A stretch of 64,000 nt of DNA from Octopus sinensis (GCF_006345805.1 NC_043003.1:69812001-69876000), one strand, 5' to 3'; shown: positions 1 to 11,713, counted from the stretch's first letter. Translations and numbers: made by a program. The notes: generated by a model from the letters alone, not told the origin.

Positions 1-246
1 TCTCTATGAGGTTTTTACGCTATCTACCTGACAATTTCTTGTTAAGTTTTCCTTATTAAGTAGTTGTCCTTAATTGCTAAATTTTTATTCCGAAAAAACT
101 TTTCCTCTCCCGAGAATGCAATTCGTAAAAGTTTGCCATTCATCCGGATATAGTATATATAAATTCACCCATGTGCTTCGTTGATGTTGATCAGTTAGCT
201 GATCGGCTTAAGCGAAGCAGGGTCGTTGTTTATTTATAGTATATTC

Positions 247-294
247 AGGCCTGCTGATGATTACGTAAGTATGAAATCACTGTGATACAGGTCT
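247..294 (+). ncRNA. Type I hammerhead ribozyme motif, copy 1 (predicted cleavage after 287)
   Basis: AGGCCTG-CTGATGA-T TAC GTAA GTA T-GAAA-TCAC T GTGA-TA-CAGGTCT. Stem I AGGCCTG/CAGGTCT, canonical CUGAUGA and GAAA cores, GNRA-capped stem II, near-palindromic stem III, AUA triplet. Confidence 0.8.
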
Positions 295-727
295 ATATAT
301 TTTTAAATGTCTTTCTTTGAAAAATTGCATTCGGTAGGATTAGTAATATTTTTGGTAGAAATGACTGATTGTCCCTCTTAGCGTATGGCGTGTATGTAGA
401 ATGCCTCCTGGCATGTATGTATAATGCCCTCTATATATAAATTAATATGTTCAATAAGAAATAATTATTTTCGAAATTTTTTCTCTTATGAGGTTTTTAC
501 GCTATCTACCTGACAATTTCTTGTTAAGTTTTCCTTATTAAGTAGTTGTCCTTAATTGCTAAATTTTTATTCCGAAAAAACTTTTCCTCTCCCGAAATGC
601 AATTCGTAAAAGTTTGCCATTCATCCGGATATAGTATATATAAATTCACCCATGTGCTTCGTTGATGTTGATCAGTTAGCTGATCGGCTTAAGCGAAGCA
701 GGGTCGTTGTTTATTTATAGTATATTC

Positions 728-775
728 AGGCCTGCTGATGATTACGTAAGTATGAAATCACTGTGATACAGGTCT
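728..775 (+). ncRNA. Type I hammerhead ribozyme motif, copy 2 (predicted cleavage after 768)
   Basis: Identical to 247-294. Confidence 0.8.
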
Positions 776-1209
776 ATATATTTTTAAATGTCTTTCTTTC
801 AAAAATTGCATTCGGTAGGATTAGTAATATTTTTGGTAGAAATGACTGATTGTCCCTCTTAGCGTATGGCGTGTATGTAGAATGCCTCCTGGCATGTATG
901 TATAATGCCCTCTATATATAAATTAATATGTTCAATAAGAAATAATTATTTTCGAAATTTTTTCTCTTATGAGGTTTTTACGCTATCTACCTGACAATTT
1001 CTTGTTAAGTTTTCCTTATTAAGTAGTTGTCCTTAATTGCTAAATTTTTATTCCGAAAAAACTTTTCCTCTCCCGAAATGCAATTCGTAAAAGTTTGCCA
1101 TTCATCCGGATATAGTATATATAAATTCCCACCCATGTGCTTCGTTGATGTTGAACAGTTAGCTGATCGGCTTAAGCGAAGCAGGGTCGTTGTTTATTAT
1201 AGTATATTC

Positions 1210-1257
1210 AGGCCTGCTGATGATTACGTAAGTATGAAATCACTGTGATACAGGTCT
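1210..1257 (+). ncRNA. Type I hammerhead ribozyme motif, copy 3 (predicted cleavage after 1250)
   Basis: Identical to 247-294. Confidence 0.8.
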
Positions 1258-1402
1258 ATATATTTTTAAATGTCTTTCTTTGAAAAATTGCATTCGGTAG
1301 GATTAGTAATATTTTTGGTAGAAATGACTGATTGTCCCTCTTAGCGTATGGCGTGTATATGTAATGCCTCCTGGCATGTATGTATAATGCCCTCTATATA
1401 TA

Positions 1403-1433
<31 letters not shown>

Positions 1434-1636
1434 ATATACATATATATAATATATTATATATATATATATATATTATATCTATATATATTATATATATTAT
1501 ACATATATATGTATGATGTATGTATCTAGTAAGTTATAATTAAAGTTTCCAATACACCTGTCTTCTACAATAATCATTTAGAATATATATTTATGTACAT
1601 ATGTATAAATACATACCTGTGTGTGTGTGTGTGTGT

Positions 1637-1962
1637 GAAGGCACATGGTTCAGTGGTTAGAGTGTTGGGCTCACAATCATGAGTGAGTTCAATCCCTAGA
1701 CCGGGCCGTGTGTTGTGTTCTTGAGCAAGACCCTTTATATCATGTTGCTTCAGTTCACTTAGCTGTAGAAATGAGTTGCAACATCACTGATGCCAAGCTG
1801 TATCGGCCTTTGCCTTTCCATTGGAGAACATCGGTGGCATGGAGGCTGATATGCACGGGCAAGTGCTGGTCTTCCATAAAAAACAACCTTGCCTAGACTT
1901 GTGCCTCAGAGGGGAACCTTCTAGGTGCAATCCCATAGTCATTCATGACCGAAGGGGTTCTT
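1637..1962 (+). mobile_element. tRNA-derived SINE (family C)
   Basis: tRNA-like head with A box (TGGTTCAGTGG) and B box (GAGTTCAATCC). A colinear second copy lies at ~60264-60600. Confidence 0.7.
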
Positions 1963-1977
1963 TATATATATATATAT

Positions 1978-1979
<2 letters not shown>

Positions 1980-2021
<42 letters not shown>

Positions 2022-2690
2022 TTAACGTCCGCTTTCCATGCTAGCATGGGTTGGACGGTTTTGACTGAGGGCTGGCGAGCCAGATGGCTGCACCAGGCTC
2101 CAATCTTGATCTGGCAGAGTTTCTACAGCTGGATGCCCTTCCTAACGCCAACCACTCCGAGAGTGTAGTGGGTGCTTTTTATGTGCTACCGGCATGGGGG
2201 CCAGTCAGGCGGTACTGGCAATGACCTCGCTCGAATCTTTTTACACGTGCCACCGGCACAGGTGCCAGTGAAGCGACGTTGGTAACAATCATGCTCGAAT
2301 GGTGCCCTTGTACGTGCCACAGGTACAGAAGCCAGTTGGCTGCTTTAGCAACGATCACGCTCGGATGGTGCTCTTGGCACCCTACTAGCACAGGCATGAG
2401 TGCCAGTAAGGCGATGCTGGTAACGATCATACTTGAATAGCCGCTCTGTCAACGATCACACTCGTATGGTGCTCTTTGCACCCCGCTAGCACAAACGCCA
2501 GTCATCGAATTGATTTTGATTTGATTTTGATTTCACTTGCCTCAACAGGTTTTCGCAAGCAGAGTTTAGTGACCAAAGAAGGAAAAGGTATGCATAAGCA
2601 GGCTGGTTATGCTCCTGGCATAGGCCACAGGTTATGGTCTCATTTGGTTTGCTGGGTCTTCTCGAGCACAGCATATTTCCAAAAGTATAT
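1980..2690 (-). mobile_element. 3' end/UTR of an RTE-type LINE (family B) with (GAT)n tail
   Basis: The same tail (CCAACCCATGC..GCATGGAAA..GTTAAA + GAT repeats) follows RTE ORF remnants at 21760-22445 and 61140-63070. Many other copies in the window. Confidence 0.7.
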
Positions 2691-2719
2691 ATATGTATAT
2701 ACATATATATACACACCAT

Positions 2720-3210
2720 ACATTGAATATCATGAAGAACTTTTCAATAAACATTAGTAGAAAAATAACTAAAACTTCATTTAATAAGGAAACTGGCTCT
2801 GAGAAGAAATGGCTTTAGTGATAAAATACATCCCACAACAAGGATGCTTGAAAAATCAGGAAAAGAAAAACAATACAATATAATCTCTCATCCTTTCAGT
2901 TTAAACATTAAAACCAATATTACAAGGTCCTTCTTAAACTTGATAAACAAACAGTGCCCAAATGACCATAAATTCCACTAAATTTTTAATACAACCTCAA
3001 AGTTAGTTATATCTGCACAGATTTCACCTCCTCCCTAGCCAGAATTACAGTACAAAGAGCTACATAACCCTCATTGCAAATACATTTAAATCCAGAGATA
3101 TTCAACCTATGTACATTTTCAGACATGAAGAAAAAATCTACAACACCTTCAAAATACATTTGGAACTTAAAAGACAAAGGGTTGATTTCAACATCAAAAT
3201 AGCAAATAGT
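2720..3210 (+). mobile_element. Degenerate Penelope-like element fragment (RT-to-GIY-YIG linker)
   Basis: Translation ~2875-3020, NIISHPFSLNIKTNITRSFLNLINKQCPNDHKFH*IFN..KVSYIC, resembles the PLE motif PPFS.NVKTNIGK.FL.LI.KHFP..HKLHKIFN...K.SYSC. Confidence 0.6.
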
Positions 3211-4129
3211 CTATTTTATGTATGTATATATATATATATATACACACACATATATATGTACTTGTGTTCATCACTCACTGCATTCTCTTCCCCTTCCCTC
3301 TATCTCCCACACCTCTTTCACACTCTCATGAACTCTCTACTCACTTACCCTGTCCAACTCTATGTACCCCTCCACTTACATTCATTTCTCTGTGACTTGA
3401 GTGTACTCCCTGGTACAGCTTTATCACCATCTTCTCTCTCTCACTCCCCTGACTGGTGTAGCTATGTATCTCCTCTACAGCAAGATGCTTGCTTTTGTCC
3501 CTCTATTATCCATTAACCTCTGATCCCTAGGCACTAAGCCACTCCGCTCAGTATTATTTCCACCTCAGTTGAGGGGTTTTGTCTCACTGATACTGGTGCC
3601 ATATAAAAATTTACCCATTACACTCTGCAAAGTGGTTGATATTAGGAAGGGTCTTCCAGCTGAAGAAACCATCCCAAAGCAGACTGTAGTGCTTGGTGCC
3701 TTCCTTTAGCCTGCCAGTTCCTGTCTAACTAGCATGGAAAACAGACATTAAATGACAAAGATATATGTGTATACAAACAGACTGATGCACAGACAAAGAT
3801 TTCTCATTAATATTAGTTTAATATTATTGGAAATATCCTTCATCAGAAGATGAGTATAGTAATAGGAAAATATGATTAGTCACAGGAAAACAAATTCGTC
3901 CTCAACATCATCATTTAACATTTGTTTTAAAGCCACAAAACATTAGCTGAATCAAATCAAATATATTATACTAAAATGGTTTTATTACTCTTCAAAGGAA
4001 TTAAAATCAAACTTGATTGCTAGGATTTTTAATAGAAAATAGCAATATTGAACTAGATGTAGCAAAGATTCATTCTGGAAGTCTCTGGTTCTGAGTATTT
4101 CTGATGATAGCGATCTTTTCTTATTTTTT

Positions 4130-4525
4130 TATCTTTTACTTGTTTCAGTCATTGGACTGCAGCCATGCTGGAGCACCAGCTTGAGGAATTTTAGTTGAAC
4201 AAATCGACCGCAAAACTTGTTTTCTTTGTAAGCCTGGTCTTTCTTCTATTGGTGTCTATTGTTGAACTGCTAGGTTACAGGGATGTAAACACACTAACAC
4301 TGGTTGTCAAGCAGTGGTAGGAGACAAACAGACACAAACACACACATACATATACATACATATATACAGCAGGCTTCTTTCAATTTCTGTCTATTAATCC
4401 ATTCCCATGGTTTTGGTTGGCCTGACGCTATAGTAGAAGGCACTTACCCAAGATGCCACAGGGTGGGACTGAACCCAGAACCATGCAGTTGAGAAGCAAA
4501 CTTCTTACCACATGACCATGCCTGC
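4130..4525 (-). mobile_element. tRNA-derived SINE (family A, most abundant in window)
   Basis: Family head GGCTGTGTGGTAAGAAG..GGTTCAGTCCCAC, internal (CA/TG)n, and tail CAGCATGGC..TGACTGAAACAAGTAAAAGA. Confidence 0.75.
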
Positions 4526-4557
4526 ACCTATATATGATTGTGATAGTAGTGGTGGTG

Positions 4558-4588
<31 letters not shown>

Positions 4589-4870
4589 TGTTGATGACAA
4601 TGACAACAACAATGGTGATGATGATGATGAGGATGAGGATGATGATGACAATGATGAGACCTGAAGAGGGCAGGTCTCTGTCTAAGAAGACTTCTAACAG
4701 GTAACTCGACAGAGGAATAATGCACCTGGGAAGAGAAGTGTGTGACTTGTTTAAAGGTCTTGACATAGGATACTAGAGCAGAAAGTTCATTACAGTTATG
4801 ACCATGAAATACTTATAGAAAAAGACATCATGAAGATACATTTCAATGAAGATATACATCAAGAGGAAAT

Positions 4871-5112
4871 GGGTGCCCAGATTTTCTGGGTGAGTGACCT
4901 GGGTGCCAGATTTTCTGTGTGAGTGACCGGGGTGCTAGATTTTCTGGGTGAGTGACCTGGGTGCCAGACTTTCTGGGTGAGCGACCTGGGTGCCAGATTT
5001 TCTGGGTGAGTGACCTGGGTGCCCGATTTTCTGGGTGAGTGACCTGGGTGTCAGATTTTCTGGGTGAGTGACCTGGGAGCCAAATTTTCTGGGTAAGTGA
5101 CCTGTGATAAAC
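4871..5112. repeat. 29-bp minisatellite (GGGTGCCAGATTTTCTGGGTGAGTGACCT), ~8 copies
   Basis: Read directly. It explains the repetitive ORFs 4843..5235 and 4935..5171. Confidence 0.9.
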
Positions 5113-5145
5113 TGCTTTGCATTGTGAATAACAAATAGTACAAAC

Positions 5146-5245
5146 CTCATCCATTTTGTTGGCATCTGCAACTATTTCAACTGCTTCACTCCCAAACCCA
5201 TTTTGGAATACAACAATTCGAATATTCTTTTTCACTGTTAAAGCT
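5146..5245 (-). CDS. DCDC1: DCDC1 coding exon 7 (start of second DCX domain)
   Basis: ttgtcatttcag| ... |gtttgt; phase 2 to 0. (R)ALTVKKNIRIVVFQNGFGSEAVEIVADANKMDE resembles human DCDC1 ..VRILFFKNGMGQDGHEI.. (recalled). Confidence 0.85.
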
Positions 5246-5762
5246 CTGAAATGACAAACATCAAACCTAAATAAACTGCAGGAACAGAATTAAATCAAGT
5301 TAAGGTTCATGATTCAATTTGTAGGTCAGAAACTGATTAAATCTAAAGAATCATGTTTAATGGCAGAAAAAGATGCACTCTGGTTGCAGCAGCACATATT
5401 CAGCACCAGGGACAAAATTAGGTTATAAGAGGCCCAACATTGTATATAGGACCAATTGGATGTTGAGATTTTGTGGGGGAGAAAAAGTGCTCACTAAGCT
5501 ATGGCCAGCCTGAGACTATAGTAGAAGACACTTGCCCAAGTGTCCACACAGTAGGACTGAACCCAGAACCATGTTTTGTGGAAGCCAACTTCTTACCACA
5601 GAGACATGCCTGTGCCAGTATGAATGGGCTGTTGGAGACCAATAAGGAAAAGTATCATTTTGCTTTATTCTCATTCATTATTGGTAGAAAAGTTAGAACA
5701 TCAGACAAAATGCAAAATGGTGCTTGTTCTGGATCTTTACTTTCAGAGTTCCATTCTCATCA

Positions 5763-5867
5763 GGGCAAGTGACCTGGGTGCTAGATTTTCTGGGTGACCT
5801 GGGTGCCAGATTTTCTGGGTGAGTGACTTGGGTGCCAGATTTTCTGGGTAAGTGACCTGTGATAAAC
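5763..5867. repeat. Second short array of the same 29-bp minisatellite
   Basis: Same unit and same terminal GGGTAAGTGACCTGTGATAAAC as the 4871-5112 array. Confidence 0.85.
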
Positions 5868-6027
5868 TTCTGAAGACAATAAAATAAAGGGCCTATAAAA
5901 TACTGAGATCAACTAAATCAACAAACTCCTATCCCAACATTTTACCTCTTGTGCATTATATAATAAATAAAATCATCACCATCATCGTTATTGTCATTAA
6001 GGTGATGAGCTGACGAATTGTTAACAT

Positions 6028-6348
6028 CAGGGCTGTGGAGTCAGAGTCATGGAGTCAGAGTCGTGGAGTCGGAGTCGTGGAGTCAGAGTTGGAAACAATT
6101 AAGGGGTAGCTAGAGTCGGAGTTGGAGTCGGTAAAACTAAATAGACTCTGACTCAGACTCACAATGTTTTTTATTCTTTAATATAAACCAGTTATAACAT
6201 ATAGGCTTATTCAAAGTACAAGCGTATGCATATGCTTTATGAGATATGTAGACCAGAATCACTTTAATTACATAAAGAGGAGTCATAGTCGGAGGTGCCA
6301 ATAGTAGAGGAGTCAGAGTCAAAGTTTTTTGTTTCAACTCCACAGCAT
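6028..6348. mobile_element. MITE-like element with GGAGTC subrepeats, nested in a family D SINE (~6000-6540)
   Basis: Ends CAGGGCTGTGGAGT ... ACTCCACAGC, with internal inverted GAGTC runs. The SINE head at 6000-6027 resumes at ~6349. Confidence 0.55.
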
Positions 6349-6559
6349 GGCAGACAAAATGCTTCGTAGTATTTCGTCAATCTTTATGTTTTGCATTCAA
6401 ATTCCTCCTAGGTTGACTTTGCCTTTCATCTATTCGGAATCAATGAAAAATGTACCAGCGAAACATTTGGGTCAATGTTATCGACTTTCCCCTCCTCCAA
6501 AATTTCAGGCCTTGCACCTATAGTAGAAAGGATCGTTATCATCATTGTTATTATTGCCT

Positions 6560-6860
6560 TTGCACAGCTTCTAACACTGGCGATGTACTACAGTGTCAGC
6601 TGTTCACTACCAGTGAACTAAGGTAACACCCCTTATCTGGAGTATTCAAGCGGTTCCAAGCAGCGCTGTTTTCTGCAAGTGCTCCACCCTTATTGTAGCC
6701 CCTATTTGTTCCACGTACTTCACGAGATTTTTGCTCACTGTTCCCAGCGCTCCAACAATTACTGGTACTATTACCACCTTTTTCATCAACCACAACTGCT
6801 TAACCCCCCACCCCCAAGCTAACCTGTCGTATCTATCGACTTTTCTTTCTTCCTTATCGC
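6560..6860 (-). mobile_element. 3' fragment of an R4/Dong-like (restriction-like endonuclease) non-LTR retrotransposon
   Basis: VVIVPVIVGALGTVSKNL...LQKTALLGTA is the typical C-terminal motif of RLE-type LINEs. Confidence 0.7.
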
Positions 6861-7599
6861 ATACCTTGTTGTCAGCTATAACCACCACCACCACCACCAC
6901 CATATATATACACATGCATGTACGTGCATGTGTATATGTATGCATACATATATATATATGCACACAAACACACACATGCATATATGTATCTATGTAAGTA
7001 TTATGTGTATACACACATACACACACACACCTATATACCCATGCAAGCATGAAAAATTAGACATTAGAATTATACATACATACACACACACACACATATA
7101 TATATACACACACATATATACCCACACACCCACATATATATATACATGCATGCACACATATATACATACATACACTTATGCATACATATATACATACACA
7201 CACATATGTACACATACTTGTGTGTGAACACGAACACACATACACACACACTAACTCCATTTTACTGAGACAGTATACAAAATTACAATGTGAAGAAGAT
7301 ACATAGTTGATTTGAAATGATAGCCAAACCATACGAGTTGTTTTATTGATGTAATCTTATACACAACTTGTTGACATTTCACCAATATCTTATCCAGGTT
7401 TGCAAAGAGTTTGGGAAATTATTTTGACATTTTATTGACTGATAAAATTTTTACAGAATCTCAATGAACAGTTTTAGTCAAATCTAAATATTTGTCTCTT
7501 AAATGAATAGAATTTTGTTTGGTATGCAAACTAGAGCTCTGAGAGCAGTGATTTTACAATCAGTTTTGAAGTCAATACCTTCAATTAGTTTGTTTTCAT

Positions 7600-8180
7600 T
7601 ATAGCATTCATTCATCCATCTTCAATGCCCATTATTTCTGGATGAGCCATGGGAGCAGAGTCCTCAGGCACCTTCTCCATAGAGTCCTATCAGAAACAAC
7701 CATTATACTCTCTGCCTGGATTCCCAAAAATGACCAACTGAATCTATGGATATTATATAAAAGTACAATTCACTGAACTACTGTAGTCATACTACATAAA
7801 TACTCTACTAGTCATACTATCCATCCATCCGTTTTTGCTGCCAACTATTCCTGTGAGGGTTATAGAAGGTAGTGTCCTCAGTTCCCTCCTCCATAGGGCC
7901 CTATTAGAAGCAACTGCCATTTCAGCTTCCAGCTGGATTCCAAAGCCTGATCAGCTAGGACTATGGATATTATCCAATCATTTTGTTTTTAGTCTACATC
8001 TTGTTCTCTTGACAGTTGGCTTGAAAAATGTCTTGTGATTCTTTCTTCTGCCATTCTAATAACATATTTGCAGTACTGAAGCTGTGATCTTTCGGTGTGA
8101 AGAAGTAATGGCTTCAACTTGGAGAGATTCTTTATTCCAGAGATCTTTCAGAAGAATGCTAATCTCAATTGTATTCTTTC
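7600..8180 (-). mobile_element. Degenerate RTE LINE 3' fragment
   Basis: Minus-strand translation ..SQLQYCKYVIRMAEERI.. resembles the RTE C-terminal L.W.GHV.RM...R motif. Confidence 0.45.
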
Positions 8181-8269
8181 AGTCATTATTCAACATAGTC
8201 ATTACTCAACATTCACGACTGTAGGAGAGGATCAAATGAAAAAAATTACGGCAGCAAAGAGATTCCATT

Positions 8270-8680
8270 TCAAAATGTTGAGTGGACAAGTAGCTTGCTT
8301 TGCAGTCATGTGGTTTCTGGTCCAGTCCCACAATGTGGCACCTTGGGCAAGTGTCTTCTACTATAATTCCAGGCTGATCAATGCCTTGTGAGTGAATTTG
8401 ATAGACTGGAACTGTGTGGAAACCCAGTGTGTGTGCGAGGCACATGTTATTTCATGTGTGTGTGTGTGCGCATGCATGAGTTTGTTCTCACCACTGAGTG
8501 ATAATCAGTATAGGTTTGTTTACATCCCCCAAACTTAGCGGTTTTGCAAAAGTCACTACTAGGATATGTACCAAACTTAAAAGCATCAAGCACTGGGACT
8601 GATTTGTTCAACTAAAACCCTTCCAGTTGGTTCCCTTTCCTGCCACAGTCCAATGACCAAAACAAGTAAGACATAAAAGA
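8270..8680 (+). mobile_element. SINE family A
   Basis: Colinear with other family A copies. Confidence 0.65.
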
Positions 8681-9770
8681 AGGCACTTCTCACAATGTCC
8701 TAATGTGCCAAGGGGCACCATTTTCCAACCACTGCTCTAGCATATATTATGCTGGTAAATCATGAATGAATGCTTCCATCTGCTACCCTGGGTATAAAAC
8801 ATCTCTCAACATAAAGTACATCAGAATATCTCAAAGGCAACAAGTCAAACAACTCAAAACCCTTCCTGACCATTTAACGTCCATTAGAAGTAAGACGACA
8901 GATCCTAAAAGACTAGTCAACCAATAGATAATTCGATCTCTACAGTTAACTTGGCTGATAGATTAGTTATATCTCAAGTGAAAGCTTTCTGGCTTAAATT
9001 CTACCATTGATCTATTTAACTCTGTTTGTTATAAATAAGTTTACATCAAAGAAAAACAACTCATCTCATTACACTGACTTAATCCAGACAAATTCTCAAT
9101 TCTGTTATGAAGTAAAATTCCGTTTTCTGTCAAACACAATCTATATAAAAGGATTATGTCTATAATAGTCTTGTGCAGGTTTAATGTTTTTGGTTGAGGA
9201 CAGGCATGTGTGTGTGTGTTTGTGCAAGAGTGTGTGTGTGCACATGCACACGTGTGTGAAGTTGTGAGTAGGATGAGGATATTTTCAGAATGTTCTTATT
9301 CTTCAAATATTTATGCATTCTTCATCGCTTCTCTTGTGTGTCTGATTATCCTTTGGCAGGTGTGGTTAAGGTTGAAGCATGGATGTGTAGTAAGAATTTA
9401 GCTTCACAACCACATGGTTTCTGGTTCACTCCCACTGCAAGGTACCAGGCCAACAAATGCCTTGTAAGTGGTTTCAATAGATGGCAACTGAAAAAATCCT
9501 GTTGCGTATATATGGGGGGGGGGCATCCAACTGTAGAAACTCTGCTCCAATCTTGATTTGGCAGAGTTTCTACAGCTGGATGCCCTTCCTGGTTGGCGTT
9601 AGAAAGGGCATCCAGCTGTAGAAACTCTGCCAGATCAAGATTGGAGCCTGATGCAGCCATCTGGCTTGCCAGCCCTCAGTCAAAATAGTCCAACCCATGC
9701 TAGCATGGAAAGCGAACGTTAAACAATGATGATGATGATGATGATATATATAAATGCGTGTGTGTATATA

Positions 9771-9803
<33 letters not shown>

Positions 9804-10365
9804 ATGTATATATATATATGAAAGAAGGTTTGAAAATGCAATGGACTTTTTAGAAATGTTTATTGACTTGACCAGTTTCACTTTTTTAGAAAAAGATTGT
9901 CAAAAGCAAAATGTAAAGCTTTGTATAAGCTTTGTTGTGTTAAGTACTGGTTGTCACAAAAGTATTAAAATACATATATACATTCTTTGATAATAATAAG
10001 AAAATTTTAAAAACAGTTTACAAGAAACTATTTAAGAAAGTATTCAAGTACAGGACTACAATAAGTATTTTGAGTTCAATGAAAATCATGCTTGTTTGGT
10101 AGTATATATATATACAGAAGAATTTACAAAAAATTAGAGAGAAATAATTAACCTCTGTGTCTGACATTTTCTGTCTTGTACACACACACACACACACACA
10201 TATATATACATACACATATACATACATATATATATGTATAAATATGTATATATACATATACATATATATATAAATATATATATATATTACATATACATAT
10301 AATAAAATACTATTTTCTTATATATTCACCCACGTGCTTTACCATACTTTCTTATATACATATAT

Positions 10366-10396
<31 letters not shown>

Positions 10397-10483
10397 TATA
10401 TACAATTGCAGCGTGGAAGGTGTTTGTAAGCCATTTAAGAAACACACAAAAGCCGTTCGATTCACTTCAACATTTAAGTTTAA

Positions 10484-10533
10484 TTTGTCAAAATATTTTC
10501 GTCGCTAAAATCCGCGACCTGTTCACTGACAAA
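10484..10533 (-). ncRNA. Hammerhead-like motif with G3-C8 swapped core
   Basis: Minus strand: TTTGTCA-GTGAACA-G-GTCGC GGATTTTA GCGAC-GAAA-ATAT-TT-TGACAAA. Confidence 0.55.
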
Positions 10534-11152
10534 AATATATGTAAATGTCAAATGATGAAAATGAGTGCTCAACATCGCATTTGTGGATATGATTTCTTTA
10601 TTTGTGAATTAAGGCTACCAACGGTTTCATGTTAAGAAAAGTAGGAAAATATCCTAGGTGTCTTAACAATTTTTCAAGCCAATCACATGGAGAAAGGTGT
10701 TCACCTCCATTTTGGAAAACACAGCCTCATATACATAACTATAGTTCAAGTTTACAGAAAACAGAAGATGAAGACAGGTGAAGGAACAACAAATAGGTGT
10801 ATTAGTTTCACAGTCAGGAAGAATAGAAAAGACTTTGATGTTTCGAGCTAATGCTCTTTGATATATATATATATGTAATCATCATCATCATCATTTAACA
10901 TCCGTGTTCCATACTAACATACATATACATATCCATATATATCTCTAGAGAACAATTCTTAGTGGTAAGACCATAACTGATCTTCTTCTAGCATTAGGGT
11001 GTCCACATAGTGGTAATCCCTCTTATATGTATATAATACTTTTTACTGAACCTCAGCTTTTTAATATGCTAGACCACAGGTGTTAAATTGATGTTATCAA
11101 ATTAATATCGAATTTTTCACCCTCATTTTAATTCTTTTATATATATATATAT

Positions 11153-11525
11153 TCTTTTATTTGTTTCAGTCATTTGACTGCTGGAGCACCAACTTTAGTT
11201 GAACAAATCGTCCCCAGGACTTATTTTTTGTAAGCCTAGTACTTGTTCTTTCAGTCACTTTTGCCAAAGCGCTAAGTTACAGGGACGTAAACACGCCAAC
11301 ATCAGTTGTCAAGCGATGTTGGGGGTACAAACACAAACACATACATACCTACATACATATATATACGACAGGCTTCCTTCAGTTTCCGTCTACCAAATCC
11401 ACTCACAAGGTTTCGGTTGGCCAAGGCTATAGTAGAGGACACTTGCCCAAGGTGCCATGCAGTGGGACTGAACCTGGAACCATGTGGTTGGTAAGCAAGC
11501 TACTTACCACACAGCCATGTCTACG
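11153..11525 (-). mobile_element. SINE family A
   Basis: Near full-length copy followed by a long (TA)n tract (11528-11880). Confidence 0.75.
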
Positions 11526-11544
11526 CCTATATATATATATATAT

Positions 11545-11627
<83 letters not shown>

Positions 11628-11713
11628 GTATATATATATATGTATATATATGTATGTATATATATTATATATATATATAATATATAATATATATAATATA
11701 TATATATATATAG

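Larger units (their letters stand above)
1..1400 (+). repeat. ~481-bp tandem array (~2.9 near-identical units, possibly truncated by window edge), retrozyme-like
   Basis: GAGGTTTTTACGCTATC recurs at 8, 490 and 971. Units differ by a few indels/substitutions. Array ends in (TA)n at ~1395. Each unit holds a hammerhead motif. Confidence 0.9.

Noticed and set aside
1027-1248. 73-aa ORF in the third array unit
   Set aside because: Non-ATG start, frame broken by indels in units 1 and 2, no recognisable domain.
4871-5112. CRISPR-like 29-bp repeats
   Set aside because: Head-to-tail with no unique spacers, eukaryotic context, no cas genes.
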